Origin: Candidatus Poribacteria bacterium
GTDB taxonomy: Bacteria; Poribacteria; WGA-4E; PCPOR2b
Length of the DNA stretch: 64,000 nt
Direction of reading: 5' to 3'
Assembly: GCA_965208675.1 (NCBI GenBank)
Contig: OZ242351.1
Span: 2,240,001 to 2,304,000, forward strand
Positions 1 through 8,741 of the stretch are shown one piece after another. Every line of letters starts with the position of its first letter. Positions within the stretch are counted from its first letter, which is position 1. The notes beneath the pieces were generated by a model that saw only the letters and a program-made list of their open reading frames with translations, searched no databases and was not told where the DNA came from. A program made the position numbers and the translations under genes.

Positions 1-2565
1 GTATCCCGCGAACAACTCGCGGAAATTGCCGAAGCACCACAGACATATTTCGATCCCGAAGTTGTCGAACTCGATTCGACAGATGAATCTCCTTCTTTCA
101 GTGAGCGCGTCCGTGAAATCGGCATCTATCAACCGAGGACCTATCCGTTCGTTTCACCGTACAACAGCCAGTGGATCCCCGGTATTTTGGTTGATGATGG
201 AACAGAATCACAAACGAAAGTTCAGATCAACACTGATACGGAGTTCGATGAACTTCGGCAAGTGATTAGTGAGGCAAAACAGGCAAATCAAACCCATCTG
301 ACATGGGAAGGAAAAAAACTTCCAGTTTCTGATGTTGAGCAACATCTCCCATTTATCGAAAAACAACTCAAACATCGGACGAAGCCATCGCGTACATCGG
401 ATGAAAAATCCGAGACTGTTATCTTAATAATTGAGGAGAACATAGACGACCCCGATTACGTTGCAGCATCTGATTCTTCAATCGAGGAACCGTTTCGGCA
501 TCTGCTTGAACTCCCGCCCAACCTGAAACAGGAATTCAAACTCCTGCCGCATCAAGAAGAAGGCCTAGCATGGGCACAGCAACTGTGGGAGAAAGAATAT
601 CCCGGTGGATTGCTCGCCGATGACATGGGCCTTGGCAAAACGTTACAGGTGCTCTGTTTTTTGGAATGGCATCACACGAAATTTCGCATGCAAGAATCAC
701 AACACAAACCGTACCTGATTGTGGCACCAATCGCGCTTTTGGAAAATTGGGCAGCGGAATATCCCAAGTTTTTTGCCAATGGTGAACTAGATTTCGTTAC
801 ATTGTACGGAAAAGATTTACAAACATTCAAGTCGGAGATGACCGACACAACCGTGTGCCCTATTCCAGAAATCGAAGGCAAAAAACATCCCCAACAATTA
901 CACAGACGACGCGGTAATCTTGATGTCAAACGCCTCGGAGCCGCCGATCTGGTGTTAACAACGTATGAAACGGTCCGTGACTTCCAACTGGATTTAGGCT
1001 TGATTTCGTGGGCAACTGTTATCATTGATGAGGCACAACGAATCAAAACGCCCGGAACACTCGTGACAAACGCCTTGAAAGCACTCAAAACTGATTTTCG
1101 ACTTGCATTGACAGGCACACCCGTTGAAAATTCATTGATGGATTTATGGTGTATCACAGATTTCGTTGCACCGGGTTATCTTGATAGCGCGAAAAATTTT
1201 AACCGTAACTTTTGTCTTCCCCTTGAGCGCCCTGAAACAGACATTCGTGCGCTTGGCGAGCAGGTTCGCGAGCGCATTGGTGTTCACCTAAAACGACGAT
1301 TAAAATCTGACATTCTGAATGATCTCCCAGAAAAACATATACACGTCGAAGCATGCCAAGAAAAGATGCCGTCTGAGCAAGTGACACGCTATCAGGCTGC
1401 ACTTCAGTCGTCGCACGAGCCCGAATTAGCAGGTGCACAATCACGCAACGGAATCTTGCAAGTGCTACATCAGTTACGTGACATTTCCGACCATCCGTTG
1501 TTAGCTGATTCCCAATGGGGACAACTTCCCCTTCTCACGTTAATCGAACAATCGGCAAAACTTATCGTGACGGTAAAAATCCTTGAAAAAATTGCTAACG
1601 CAGACGAAAAGGTGATTCTATTTGCTGAACGGCGAAAGACCCAGCATCTTTTAGCGCATGTCGTTCGAGAAAAGTACCGTTTGGAGAACGTATCTATCGT
1701 CAACGGCAGTACCCCAGGCAGCACACAAAGAGCGGGTTCGATGAAGATGAGCCGTCAACAAGCCGTTGATCGTTTCCAGGCTAGCCTGGGTTTCAACACT
1801 ATTATCATGTCTCCGCTCGCAGCAGGTGTTGGTCTCAACATCACCGAAGCGAACCATGTCATTCACTATAGCCGCTGGTGGAATCCCGCTAAAGAAGATC
1901 AAGCAAGTGACCGGGTCTACCGTATTGGACAAACGCGGCCCGTGCACATCTACCTGCCGATGGCAACCCATCCCGAGTTTCAGACGTTCGACGTTATCCT
2001 GCACGAACTTCTGGAACGCAAACGCCAGCTTTCACAGGGCACGCTCTTCCCTACGGAACGGGCCGAAGTAACTCCTCTAGACTTGTTAACCCGTCTGCAG
2101 GCAGTTCAACCTGAACAGGAGAATAATTCTTCGTTGACATTAGAAGATGTTGATAGACTTGAACCCAAATTATTCGAGGTTTTTGTTGCCGCCGTTTTTC
2201 ATGTGCTGGGGTACCACGCCGAATTAACACCCGATTCAGGCGACAAAGGCGCGGATGTCATTGTTCACCCGCGTCAAGGAGACTCATGTGGACTCTTGAT
2301 ACAAGTCAAACAACGTCGAGAAGGCGAAAAACCTGGAGGTGATGGCGTGGATGAAATTCTCGCAGCGAAACCGTTTTATGAGGAAAAATACGACACAACC
2401 TTTCAACCGATAATCATCACGAATCGGGAATTCACTAAGGAAGCACATCAACGCGGTAAGGTAAATCAGGTAGACATGTACGAACGCAAATGGTTGATGC
2501 AGAGTTTAGAACAACATCCAGTGACATGGCAGGAAGTTAATCATTGTCAATTACAGACCTGTTAA
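1..2565 (+). CDS. SNF2-family helicase with C-terminal Mrr-type restriction endonuclease domain (ZorD-like); 5' end outside window
   Basis: Frame is open from base 1 (VSREQLAEIA...FSERVREIGIYQP). Motifs LADDMGLGKT, DEAQ, LTGTPVEN, GVGLN, WWNPAKEDQASDRVYRIGQ; C-terminal FE..VA..F...GY...TPDSGDKGADV...IQVK (Mrr_cat-like). Confidence 0.85.
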   Translation, partial: VSREQLAEIAEAPQTYFDPEVVELDSTDESPSFSERVREIGIYQPRTYPFVSPYNSQWIPGILVDDGTESQTKVQINTDTEFDELRQVISEAKQANQTHLTWEGKKLPVSDVEQHLPFIEKQLKHRTKPSRTSDEKSETVILIIEENIDDPDYVAASDSSIEEPFRHLLELPPNLKQEFKLLPHQEEGLAWAQQLWEKEYPGGLLADDMGLGKTLQVLCFLEWHHTKFRMQESQHKPYLIVAPIALLENWAAEYPKFFANGELDFVTLYGKDLQTFKSEMTDTTVCPIPEIEGKKHPQQLHRRRGNLDVKRLGAADLVLTTYETVRDFQLDLGLISWATVIIDEAQRIKTPGTLVTNALKALKTDFRLALTGTPVENSLMDLWCITDFVAPGYLDSAKNFNRNFCLPLERPETDIRALGEQVRERIGVHLKRRLKSDILNDLPEKHIHVEACQEKMPSEQVTRYQAALQSSHEPELAGAQSRNGILQVLHQLRDISDHPLLADSQWGQLPLLTLIEQSAKLIVTVKILEKIANADEKVILFAERRKTQHLLAHVVREKYRLENVSIVNGSTPGSTQRAGSMKMSRQQAVDRFQASLGFNTIIMSPLAAGVGLNITEANHVIHYSRWWNPAKEDQASDRVYRIGQTRPVHIYLPMATHPEFQTFDVILHELLERKRQLSQGTLFPTERAEVTPLDLLTRLQAVQPEQENNSSLTLEDVDRLEPKLFEVFVAAVFHVLGYHAELTPDSGDKGADVIVHPRQGDSCGLLIQVKQRREGEKPGGDGVDEILAAKPFYEEKYDTTFQPIIITNREFTKEAHQRGKVNQVDMYERKWLMQSLEQHPVTWQEVNHCQLQTC

Positions 2566-2702
2566 GGTGTCCCAGTTATTGCGATAAACAGCATATTTCA
2601 CACAACAACCGACATAGACAACAAAATCAAAAAACTGTTTTAGTCGATCGTAGCAATCCGTAATTTTATGATTCACGACTCATTCGTAAAGGAGGTTTCC
2701 CG

Positions 2703-2915
2703 ATGACAGCACGACTTGAACAAGCTTTCACAGAAGTCTCAAAACTATCCCCAAAGGAGCAAGATGCGCTGGCAGATTGGTTGCTTGCTGAGCTTGAATC
2801 CGAAAGGCGGTGGGATAAACGATTTGCAGATTCTCAAGACGTATTATCCAAGCTAGCTTCTGAAGCACTTGCCGAACATCGCAAGGGTCAAACTCAAGAA
2901 TTAGATTCAGATTAA
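2703..2915 (+). CDS. Putative type II antitoxin
   Basis: 70 aa acidic helical protein with strong RBS (aaggagg), immediately upstream of a ParE/RelE-like toxin. Confidence 0.75.
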   Translation: MTARLEQAFTEVSKLSPKEQDALADWLLAELESERRWDKRFADSQDVLSKLASEALAEHRKGQTQELDSD

Positions 2916-2917
2916 AC

Positions 2918-3181
2918 ATGAATTCAAAAACGACAAAACGGTTTCGTCAGATGCTTGCAAAATTACCAAGCGACATTCGACACCAGGCGAGGAAAGCCTA
3001 CTCGCTTTTCAGGGAGAATCCAAACCATCCAAGCCTTCGGTTCAAAAAGATACATACCACTGAACCGATTTATTCCGCTCGTATCAATATGAACTATCGG
3101 GTGGTTGGAGTCGTTGATGAGGGAGTGATTGTTTGGTTCTGGATTGGAACACACGCTGAATATGATAAACTGATTCAGTAG
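2918..3181 (+). CDS. ParE/RelE-superfamily toxin
   Basis: 87 aa basic protein with HPSLRFKKI, YSARI..NYR and WFWIGTHAEYDKL signatures. Confidence 0.85.
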   Translation: MNSKTTKRFRQMLAKLPSDIRHQARKAYSLFRENPNHPSLRFKKIHTTEPIYSARINMNYRVVGVVDEGVIVWFWIGTHAEYDKLIQ

Positions 3182-3253
3182 TCACCGAATCCGCCGTTTA
3201 TAAGCAAATCTTCGTACCATCAAAAGTCTCATGAATGGAAGAGGGCTGACAAA

Positions 3254-4207
3254 ATGAACGAATTTGGTGAATTGAAAAAAGTACCATTGCGTGAAATATG
3301 GTCGCATGAGGCACACGACTTCACGCCGTGGCTGGAATCAAATATTGAAGCGTTGGGAGTTGCACTTGGACTAGAGCTCGAGCTAACCGGTAGAGAAGAA
3401 TCGGTTGGTGATTTTTCTCTAGATCTTCTCGCTAAAGACTTGAATAGCTCGCGAACGGTCGTTATTGAGAACCAACTATCCCAAACCGATCATGATCATC
3501 TCGGCAAGCTCCTCACGTATGCCGCTGGATTTGACGATTCAATCGTCATTTGGATTTCCGATGAGGTTCGGGATGAACACCGTCAAGCATTGGAATGGTT
3601 AAATCAAAGAACGGATATAGATACGCAGTTTTTTGCGGTCGTGGTAGAAGTTTTGAAAATCGACAATTCAAAACCTGCCTTCGACTTCAATCTAGTTGTT
3701 TTTCCCAATGAATGGCAGAAGGCCAAGCGACAGGAAACAGCAACTAGCCTATCACCGAAAGCGGAGCAGTATCAAGCGTATTTTCAAGAACTTATCAATG
3801 AACTAAGGGAACGTCATGATTTTACACGTGCACATAGTGTCCTCTCGCGTAATTTTTTTCGTTTTTCCTCCGGCATCAAAGAGATTCGTTATCTTGCGTC
3901 GTTTGTAAAGGGAGGTAAGGTATGTGCCGCCATTGATATCATGGGACCAGATCAAGAAAAAAACAAAAAACTCTTTGATGCGCTTGAAAAGCGAAAAACA
4001 GATTTCACGCCCAAGTTTGGGGATAAACTTGACTGGGATCGCGCCGACGATAATAAAAGTTCAAAAATTGCAGTATATTGTGATGGTTACATTGAGTCGT
4101 CTGACAGTGAATTAGAAGAAATCAGAGAATGGCACATTGAAAATCTGTTAAAATTAAAAGAGGTGTTTACGCCGGAGATAGAGCGGGCGTTGGAAGAAAT
4201 AGAGTAG
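3254..4207 (+). CDS. DUF4268-domain protein with N-terminal PD-(D/E)XK-like nuclease domain
   Basis: LREIWSHEAHDFTPWL, DLLAKD..VVIENQL, DHDHLGKLLTYAAG; C-terminal FDALEKRK..FG.KLDWDR...SKI. Confidence 0.8.
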   Translation: MNEFGELKKVPLREIWSHEAHDFTPWLESNIEALGVALGLELELTGREESVGDFSLDLLAKDLNSSRTVVIENQLSQTDHDHLGKLLTYAAGFDDSIVIWISDEVRDEHRQALEWLNQRTDIDTQFFAVVVEVLKIDNSKPAFDFNLVVFPNEWQKAKRQETATSLSPKAEQYQAYFQELINELRERHDFTRAHSVLSRNFFRFSSGIKEIRYLASFVKGGKVCAAIDIMGPDQEKNKKLFDALEKRKTDFTPKFGDKLDWDRADDNKSSKIAVYCDGYIESSDSELEEIREWHIENLLKLKEVFTPEIERALEEIE

Positions 4208-4270
4208 ACATGGGTGCCACATTTGCGAGTCTCAGATTGGCGGAGTATCGGATTGAGTGTGTCGCTAGGC

Positions 4271-4299
4271 TTGAAATAATCTGAGACTTGTGTTAATAT
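4271..4299 (+). promoter_or_regulatory. Sigma70-type promoter (copy A of duplicated promoter-leader)
   Basis: TTGAAA-17 nt-TAATAT with extended -10 TG; homologous to 5948-5976. Confidence 0.65.
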
Positions 4300-4396
4300 T
4301 TTAGCTTGATGGAGACGACGCTGTTTTAGGCTGGTTCCGCTGCGAAGCGTTGGATTTCATCTCAGATTATCTTTGTGCGGCGTGAATAGTCACGCC
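4300..4396 (+). ncRNA. Candidate structured 5' leader/small RNA, copy A
   Basis: Colinear similarity to 5977-6073; stem cgacgct/agcgttg and hairpin ggcgtga-atag-tcacgcc (4379-4396). Confidence 0.4.
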
Positions 4397-4497
4397 TACC
4401 AACTGTTGTCCCATTCTCACACCTACCGCGCATGGAATGCTATCACTAAAAACTTGTACCACTTCATTTCACTCAACCCAAGGAGGAGGTAATCGAA

Positions 4498-5295
4498 ATG
4501 AAAGTTACATTGGCGTTTTTGTCCATGGTGTTCGGTCTCGTTGTTTTTGGATTGATGCTAACTGCGGAAAGCGATGCAAAGATTGAATCCGTTGGCGCTT
4601 GGCTTTTGGATGAAGCTGAAGGAAATACGGTTGAGGACGTTTCCGGCAAGGGCATCAACGGAGAAATCCAGGGCGGCTATAAATACGTTCAGGGCCAGTT
4701 CGGCGAAGCGTTGGAGTTTAATGGACAGGACACGCTTGTACTGTTCGAGAACGACGATCCGAATCAGGCATTCATTCTCCACCGTGACTATGATGTTTCA
4801 TTTGTATTCTGGCTCCAACCTCTTGACGACAACCATAGATCCATTTTCTGGACAAGAGGTAATGCCGCCGATTCAGATAGATTTAATTTCTATTCAGGCC
4901 CTGGGGAAACGCTTGGGTTCGACTACAGGGAAGTGGATGGTGCGGTGATACACCTGATCAGCCAAGAGATAGCGCTTCCCCTAAAGGAATGGTCCCATCT
5001 TGCTGTCGTAAGAGCAGGTGACAATTATAAGGTATACAGAAACGGGGTGGAAGTCGCGCATAAGACAGATTCCAATCCAAAATTGCCCGAAGCTACAAGC
5101 TGGATGATGTCGGGCAGACCGAATTTTACTTTTTTCGGGCTCATGGACGAAGTCGCGTTCTTCGACTTCGCTTTGAGTGAAGCCGATATTTCCAATGTTA
5201 TGAATAATGGACTCGTAGAATTTTCCGTGGAAGTTTCTGTACAACCATCAGACAAACTCGCGGCGGCTTGGGCACGGTTAAAGACCCGGAGATAA
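4498..5295 (+). CDS. Secreted LamG-like jellyroll protein with C-terminal KLAAAWARLK motif
   Basis: Signal peptide; W.LDEAEG..VED.SG, G.FGEALEFNG, WSHLAVVR, GLMDEVAFF; RBS aaggaggagg. Confidence 0.85.
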   Translation: MKVTLAFLSMVFGLVVFGLMLTAESDAKIESVGAWLLDEAEGNTVEDVSGKGINGEIQGGYKYVQGQFGEALEFNGQDTLVLFENDDPNQAFILHRDYDVSFVFWLQPLDDNHRSIFWTRGNAADSDRFNFYSGPGETLGFDYREVDGAVIHLISQEIALPLKEWSHLAVVRAGDNYKVYRNGVEVAHKTDSNPKLPEATSWMMSGRPNFTFFGLMDEVAFFDFALSEADISNVMNNGLVEFSVEVSVQPSDKLAAAWARLKTRR

Positions 5296-5387
5296 CGCGG
5301 CTTCCGAGATTTAGTCTAAGCAGCGTGTGGCTTGCGGATAGATTTATGGTCTCGGGTTTATTGACATTTGCGAAGCTGTCTGTAATC

Positions 5388-5512
5388 GTAGGGGATTAAC
5401 CGAGTGAATAGCGAGGGCGATAGTGTTTATCAGGATGCCTCGCCCATTGACCTACAGGACTCCGATATCGTCTTTGATGTGTGAACAAAGGGTTGGGAGA
5501 CCCAACCCCTAC
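5388..5512. repeat. Inverted pair of GTAG-type REP-like palindromes containing a G.A-hairpin module
   Basis: GTAGGGG...cctcgccc at the left end; gggttgggagacccaacccCTAC at 5490-5512; module at 5394-5425. Confidence 0.65.
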
Positions 5513-5561
5513 GAAGGAACGTGTGTCTCTGCACACCTCTCGATTATCTTGTTGCAGTGAA

Positions 5562-5771
5562 ATGTCAACAGCACCTCGTGTAAAAGAACTGCAATCAGCC
5601 GTTTCCCAACTTTCGGCGGAAGAACTTGCCCGTTTCAGGGCATGGTTTGATGAATTCGATGCCGAAGTTTGGGATGGGCAGTTTGACGAAGATGTGGAAT
5701 CAGGAAAGTTAGACCGCCATGCAAACCGTGCAATTGCGGATTTTCGGACTGGGAAGTGCAAACGAATTTGA
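5562..5771 (+). CDS. Putative type II antitoxin (similar type to 2703-2915)
   Basis: MSTAPRVKELQSAVSQLSAEELARFRAWFDEFDAEVWDGQF..D...GKLD; its stop overlaps the toxin remnant start (TTGA). Confidence 0.7.
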   Translation: MSTAPRVKELQSAVSQLSAEELARFRAWFDEFDAEVWDGQFDEDVESGKLDRHANRAIADFRTGKCKRI

Positions 5772-5930
5772 ATCACTTCGCGGCACCCTCAACCTGCGAG
5801 CGTTATCGAGAACTCTTGCAAATACTCAAGGCCAAGTAGATGAAAATTTCAGTCCGATAAAGGGAGATTCGAGACAACCATCCTTACATCTAAAGAGAGC
5901 CGGAGGGTTTTGGTGCACTAAGGTGCAGAA
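5768..5930 (+). pseudogene. Frameshifted, truncated ParE/RelE-like toxin
   Basis: One frame gives MNHFAAPSTCERYREL; another gives QVDENF..IKGDSRQPSLHLKRAGGFWCTKV, matching the HPSL.FKK motif of 2918-3181. The C-terminal WIG motif is missing. Confidence 0.7.
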
Positions 5931-5947
5931 AGCGTTTGTTGCGATGC

Positions 5948-5976
5948 TTGAAATAAACCGGGACTTGTGTTAAGAT
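5948..5976 (+). promoter_or_regulatory. Sigma70-type promoter (copy B)
   Basis: TTGAAA-17 nt-TAAGAT with extended -10 TG. Confidence 0.65.
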
Positions 5977-6073
5977 TTCAGGTTGAGGGGGAGTTGCTAA
6001 TTTCGGCGGGTTTGGCCGCGGAGTTTTGGGTTTCATCTCAAATCATCTTGAGCGGCGTGAAAGGTCACGCCGC
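5977..6073 (+). ncRNA. Candidate structured 5' leader/small RNA, copy B
   Basis: Homologous to 4300-4396; 9-bp hairpin gcggcgtga-aagg-tcacgccgc (6052-6073). Confidence 0.4.
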
Positions 6074-6123
6074 GCCGAATGTAACGTGTTACACATATCA
6101 ATCCGTTGTCGAAGAGGAGAAGT

Positions 6124-7173
6124 ATGAAACAAATTTGCCGCGTCTCGAGAAATTACCCCTTTTGGGCATTAGGACTACTTTTTATCTGTAGTTGCGACTT
6201 GGTTCAAGAACTTATCATCTCGGAACCATCAAGCGGAATGGATCCTGGATCAATTCATGTGACCATGGTGTATCCAAGCGATTGCGTTGGGGATTCATCA
6301 TATTGTGATAGTTTCCATATTGGGGTTAGGAAGGCGGAGGCGGAACTTGGAATAAGCCTGACCGAGTTAGACGGCATGGAGAGCGATCCGGCAGCAACAG
6401 AGATGGTTTTGAGAGAAGCCGCACAGAATTCAGCCCTCGTTTTAGCGGCAGGTTACCAGATGGGCCCGCCGCTCGCGCGCGCGGCAGCCGAATTTCCTGA
6501 TGTCAAATTTGCGATTTTTGATGTTGTGCTTGACGTTCCGAACGTAGCCTCGATTAACTATAAGGCGAACGAAGGTTCATTTCTGGTTGGTGCGATTGCA
6601 GCTTTAAAGTCAGAGAGCGGAAAAATTGGATATATCGGCGGCGCGGATGTTCCGTTATTACACGAATTTGAAGCCGGTTACGCCGCCGGGATTCGCGCTG
6701 TCAATCCGGATGCAGAGGTTGCCATTGAATATATCAGCGAGAACGAAGCGGGTTTCGGCCAGCCGGACAGAGCGAAAGAGATAGCGCTGGCACAATATGA
6801 GAGCGGCGTCGATGTTATATACGTCGCTGCCGGCGGATCGGGTCAAGGTGTGCTTGAAGCCGCCCAAGAGCAGAGGAAATTTATCATTTGGGTTGACTCT
6901 AACGGAAATCATCTCGCGCCCGGAATCGTCTTGACGAGTATGGTCAAAGAGCTTTCGGCTTCTGTGGAGCGAGTGATCGGTGAAACCGCTGACGGCAATT
7001 TTATGGCAGGTGTCCGATATCTCGGACTTGAAGATGGCGGTGTCAGCTATGCTCTTGATGAATATAATCAGTCGTTGCTGTCAGATGAGATTTTACAGAC
7101 CGTTGAATCATTGAAGGCGCAAATTATCGCCGGCGACATTGATGTTCCGAATGAAGTCTCACTTCCCCGTTGA
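6124..7173 (+). CDS. BMP-family ABC substrate-binding lipoprotein (nucleoside-binding type)
   Basis: Lipobox-like ICSC; EGSFLVGAIAA, KIGYIGG, FEAGY..G, GVDVIY.AAG.SG.GV, TSMVK. ATG at 6124 follows gaggag. Confidence 0.9.
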   Translation: MKQICRVSRNYPFWALGLLFICSCDLVQELIISEPSSGMDPGSIHVTMVYPSDCVGDSSYCDSFHIGVRKAEAELGISLTELDGMESDPAATEMVLREAAQNSALVLAAGYQMGPPLARAAAEFPDVKFAIFDVVLDVPNVASINYKANEGSFLVGAIAALKSESGKIGYIGGADVPLLHEFEAGYAAGIRAVNPDAEVAIEYISENEAGFGQPDRAKEIALAQYESGVDVIYVAAGGSGQGVLEAAQEQRKFIIWVDSNGNHLAPGIVLTSMVKELSASVERVIGETADGNFMAGVRYLGLEDGGVSYALDEYNQSLLSDEILQTVESLKAQIIAGDIDVPNEVSLPR

Positions 7174-7212
7174 CGGGACACGCCGTCGCATTAGTAACGG
7201 GTTTTTACGCCG

Positions 7213-7956
7213 ATGGCACAATGTGTACGTGTCATTCTGCCCGATTTAAGTTTGGTAAGTATCTCCGACACTGAGTTACAGTTCCATCTGATTTTCCACG
7301 AATATAGAAAATCGCTACGATCAGTACGGATTGGCGAAATGAACTTCTTCAATCAGGAACGAAAACTCTTTGGCGATTGGCTCGAACCCGAAGCCCCGAA
7401 TCTTAGCGCACCAATTGCGACCTCGGAGGAACAGCCGCCTGAAGACAATGAATCTCACGCAGCGGACAACGCGAAACAGGGCACGCTCATCTTTACTAAT
7501 CGAGCGTGTCTTTTTTCGCAAGAGGAGTTGAATTCCTTTTTCAACCAGATCTCAGGGCAGATTCGCGGCGAGAAGAAACGCGGGCGAATACCGACAGCGG
7601 ATGAAATTCGCGGTCGCTATGAGCAGGGACGTTGTGTCATGGGTGCCGCTGATAGTCAAGTGTGGGGATATACGTGTATCGTACCAATCACGGAAGAGAT
7701 TGATGTTCTTGAAACAACGATTCAGCGTGATTTCCAAAATACCCAACCCACGAAACAGTTAGTCGACCTCCTGTCGCAGGGGTTGCTGCACCCAGAGAAA
7801 AACGCCTTCGCGCTCTCGTGGACATCTTATACCAAACGACTTTACGGTAAGTTGGGCTGGTTACCTTGTAATATTAAAATGCTGGATTCCGGTACGAAAG
7901 AAGCACTTAAAACATACGATGACGTCGTCGACCAATACAACATTTTCATACCTTGA
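7213..7956 (+). CDS. Hypothetical protein, C-terminal half possibly GNAT-like (start may be 7339)
   Basis: Long ORF; VWGY...TTIQRDFQN and RLYGKLGW resemble acetyltransferase motifs A and B. Confidence 0.45.
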   Translation: MAQCVRVILPDLSLVSISDTELQFHLIFHEYRKSLRSVRIGEMNFFNQERKLFGDWLEPEAPNLSAPIATSEEQPPEDNESHAADNAKQGTLIFTNRACLFSQEELNSFFNQISGQIRGEKKRGRIPTADEIRGRYEQGRCVMGAADSQVWGYTCIVPITEEIDVLETTIQRDFQNTQPTKQLVDLLSQGLLHPEKNAFALSWTSYTKRLYGKLGWLPCNIKMLDSGTKEALKTYDDVVDQYNIFIP

Positions 7957-8022
7957 TATGAATACTAGAGACGCGTTATGATGAGGGTTATCACTTCAGT
8001 CTTTATTTCCCATTCCTAGCAC

Positions 8023-8709
8023 ATGAAATCATCCCCCGGTAACCCGCTGTTTAGTTTGGTCGCGGAAAGTGTAGCCTACCAAGACACTGTTGCGCTAAAG
8101 AATATCACGCTGCAAATCGACAGGGGCGAAAAGGTCGCGCTAGTAGGTCCGAGCGGCGCCGGCAAAACCACATTACTTCGTACACTCTACGAAAGCGTCG
8201 AGGGTCAGCCTTCATTCGTTCATCAACACTATTCCCTTGTGCCGCAACTCTCCGCATTTCACAACGTCTATATTGGACGGCTCGATCGATATTCCACAGC
8301 ATACAACCTCTTGAACCTGATAAAACCGCAGAAAAAATCTTTGCAAGAGATTGTTCCTATCCTGCGCGAGTTGGGCATGGATGAGAAGACTTTTGATAAG
8401 GCTGGTGCGTTGTCTGGAGGACAAAAACAGCGGGTCGCTGTCGCCCGCGCGATTTACCGGGGCGAGGATATCCTGTTGGCGGATGAGCCGGTGTCTTCCG
8501 TGGACCCGCATCAGGCAGGCACGGTGATGGAACTCATTATGCAGAATGCAGAAACCGTTGTGGTGTCGCTGCACGCCGTGGAATTCGCCCTGAAGTTCTC
8601 ACAGCGGATGGTCGGGCTTCGCGGCGGAGAGGTTCAATTCGATCTGCCAGCCGAGGCGGTGACCCAGATGATGCTTACGGAACTGTATCGCAATGAGAAT
8701 GCCCATTGA
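8023..8709 (+). CDS. ABC transporter ATP-binding protein, PhnC-like
   Basis: GPSGAGKT, LVPQLSAFHNVYIGRL, LSGGQKQRVA, LLADEP. Confidence 0.9.
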   Translation: MKSSPGNPLFSLVAESVAYQDTVALKNITLQIDRGEKVALVGPSGAGKTTLLRTLYESVEGQPSFVHQHYSLVPQLSAFHNVYIGRLDRYSTAYNLLNLIKPQKKSLQEIVPILRELGMDEKTFDKAGALSGGQKQRVAVARAIYRGEDILLADEPVSSVDPHQAGTVMELIMQNAETVVVSLHAVEFALKFSQRMVGLRGGEVQFDLPAEAVTQMMLTELYRNENAH

Positions 8710-8741
8710 ATTCATGACGTTTCAAAGGGAATACTGCCGCC

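Noticed and set aside
2600-7200. Integron cassette array (short co-oriented genes, TA pairs)
   Set aside because: No attC-like RYYYAAC...GTTRRRY sites recognised, no integrase, and the genes have their own promoters.
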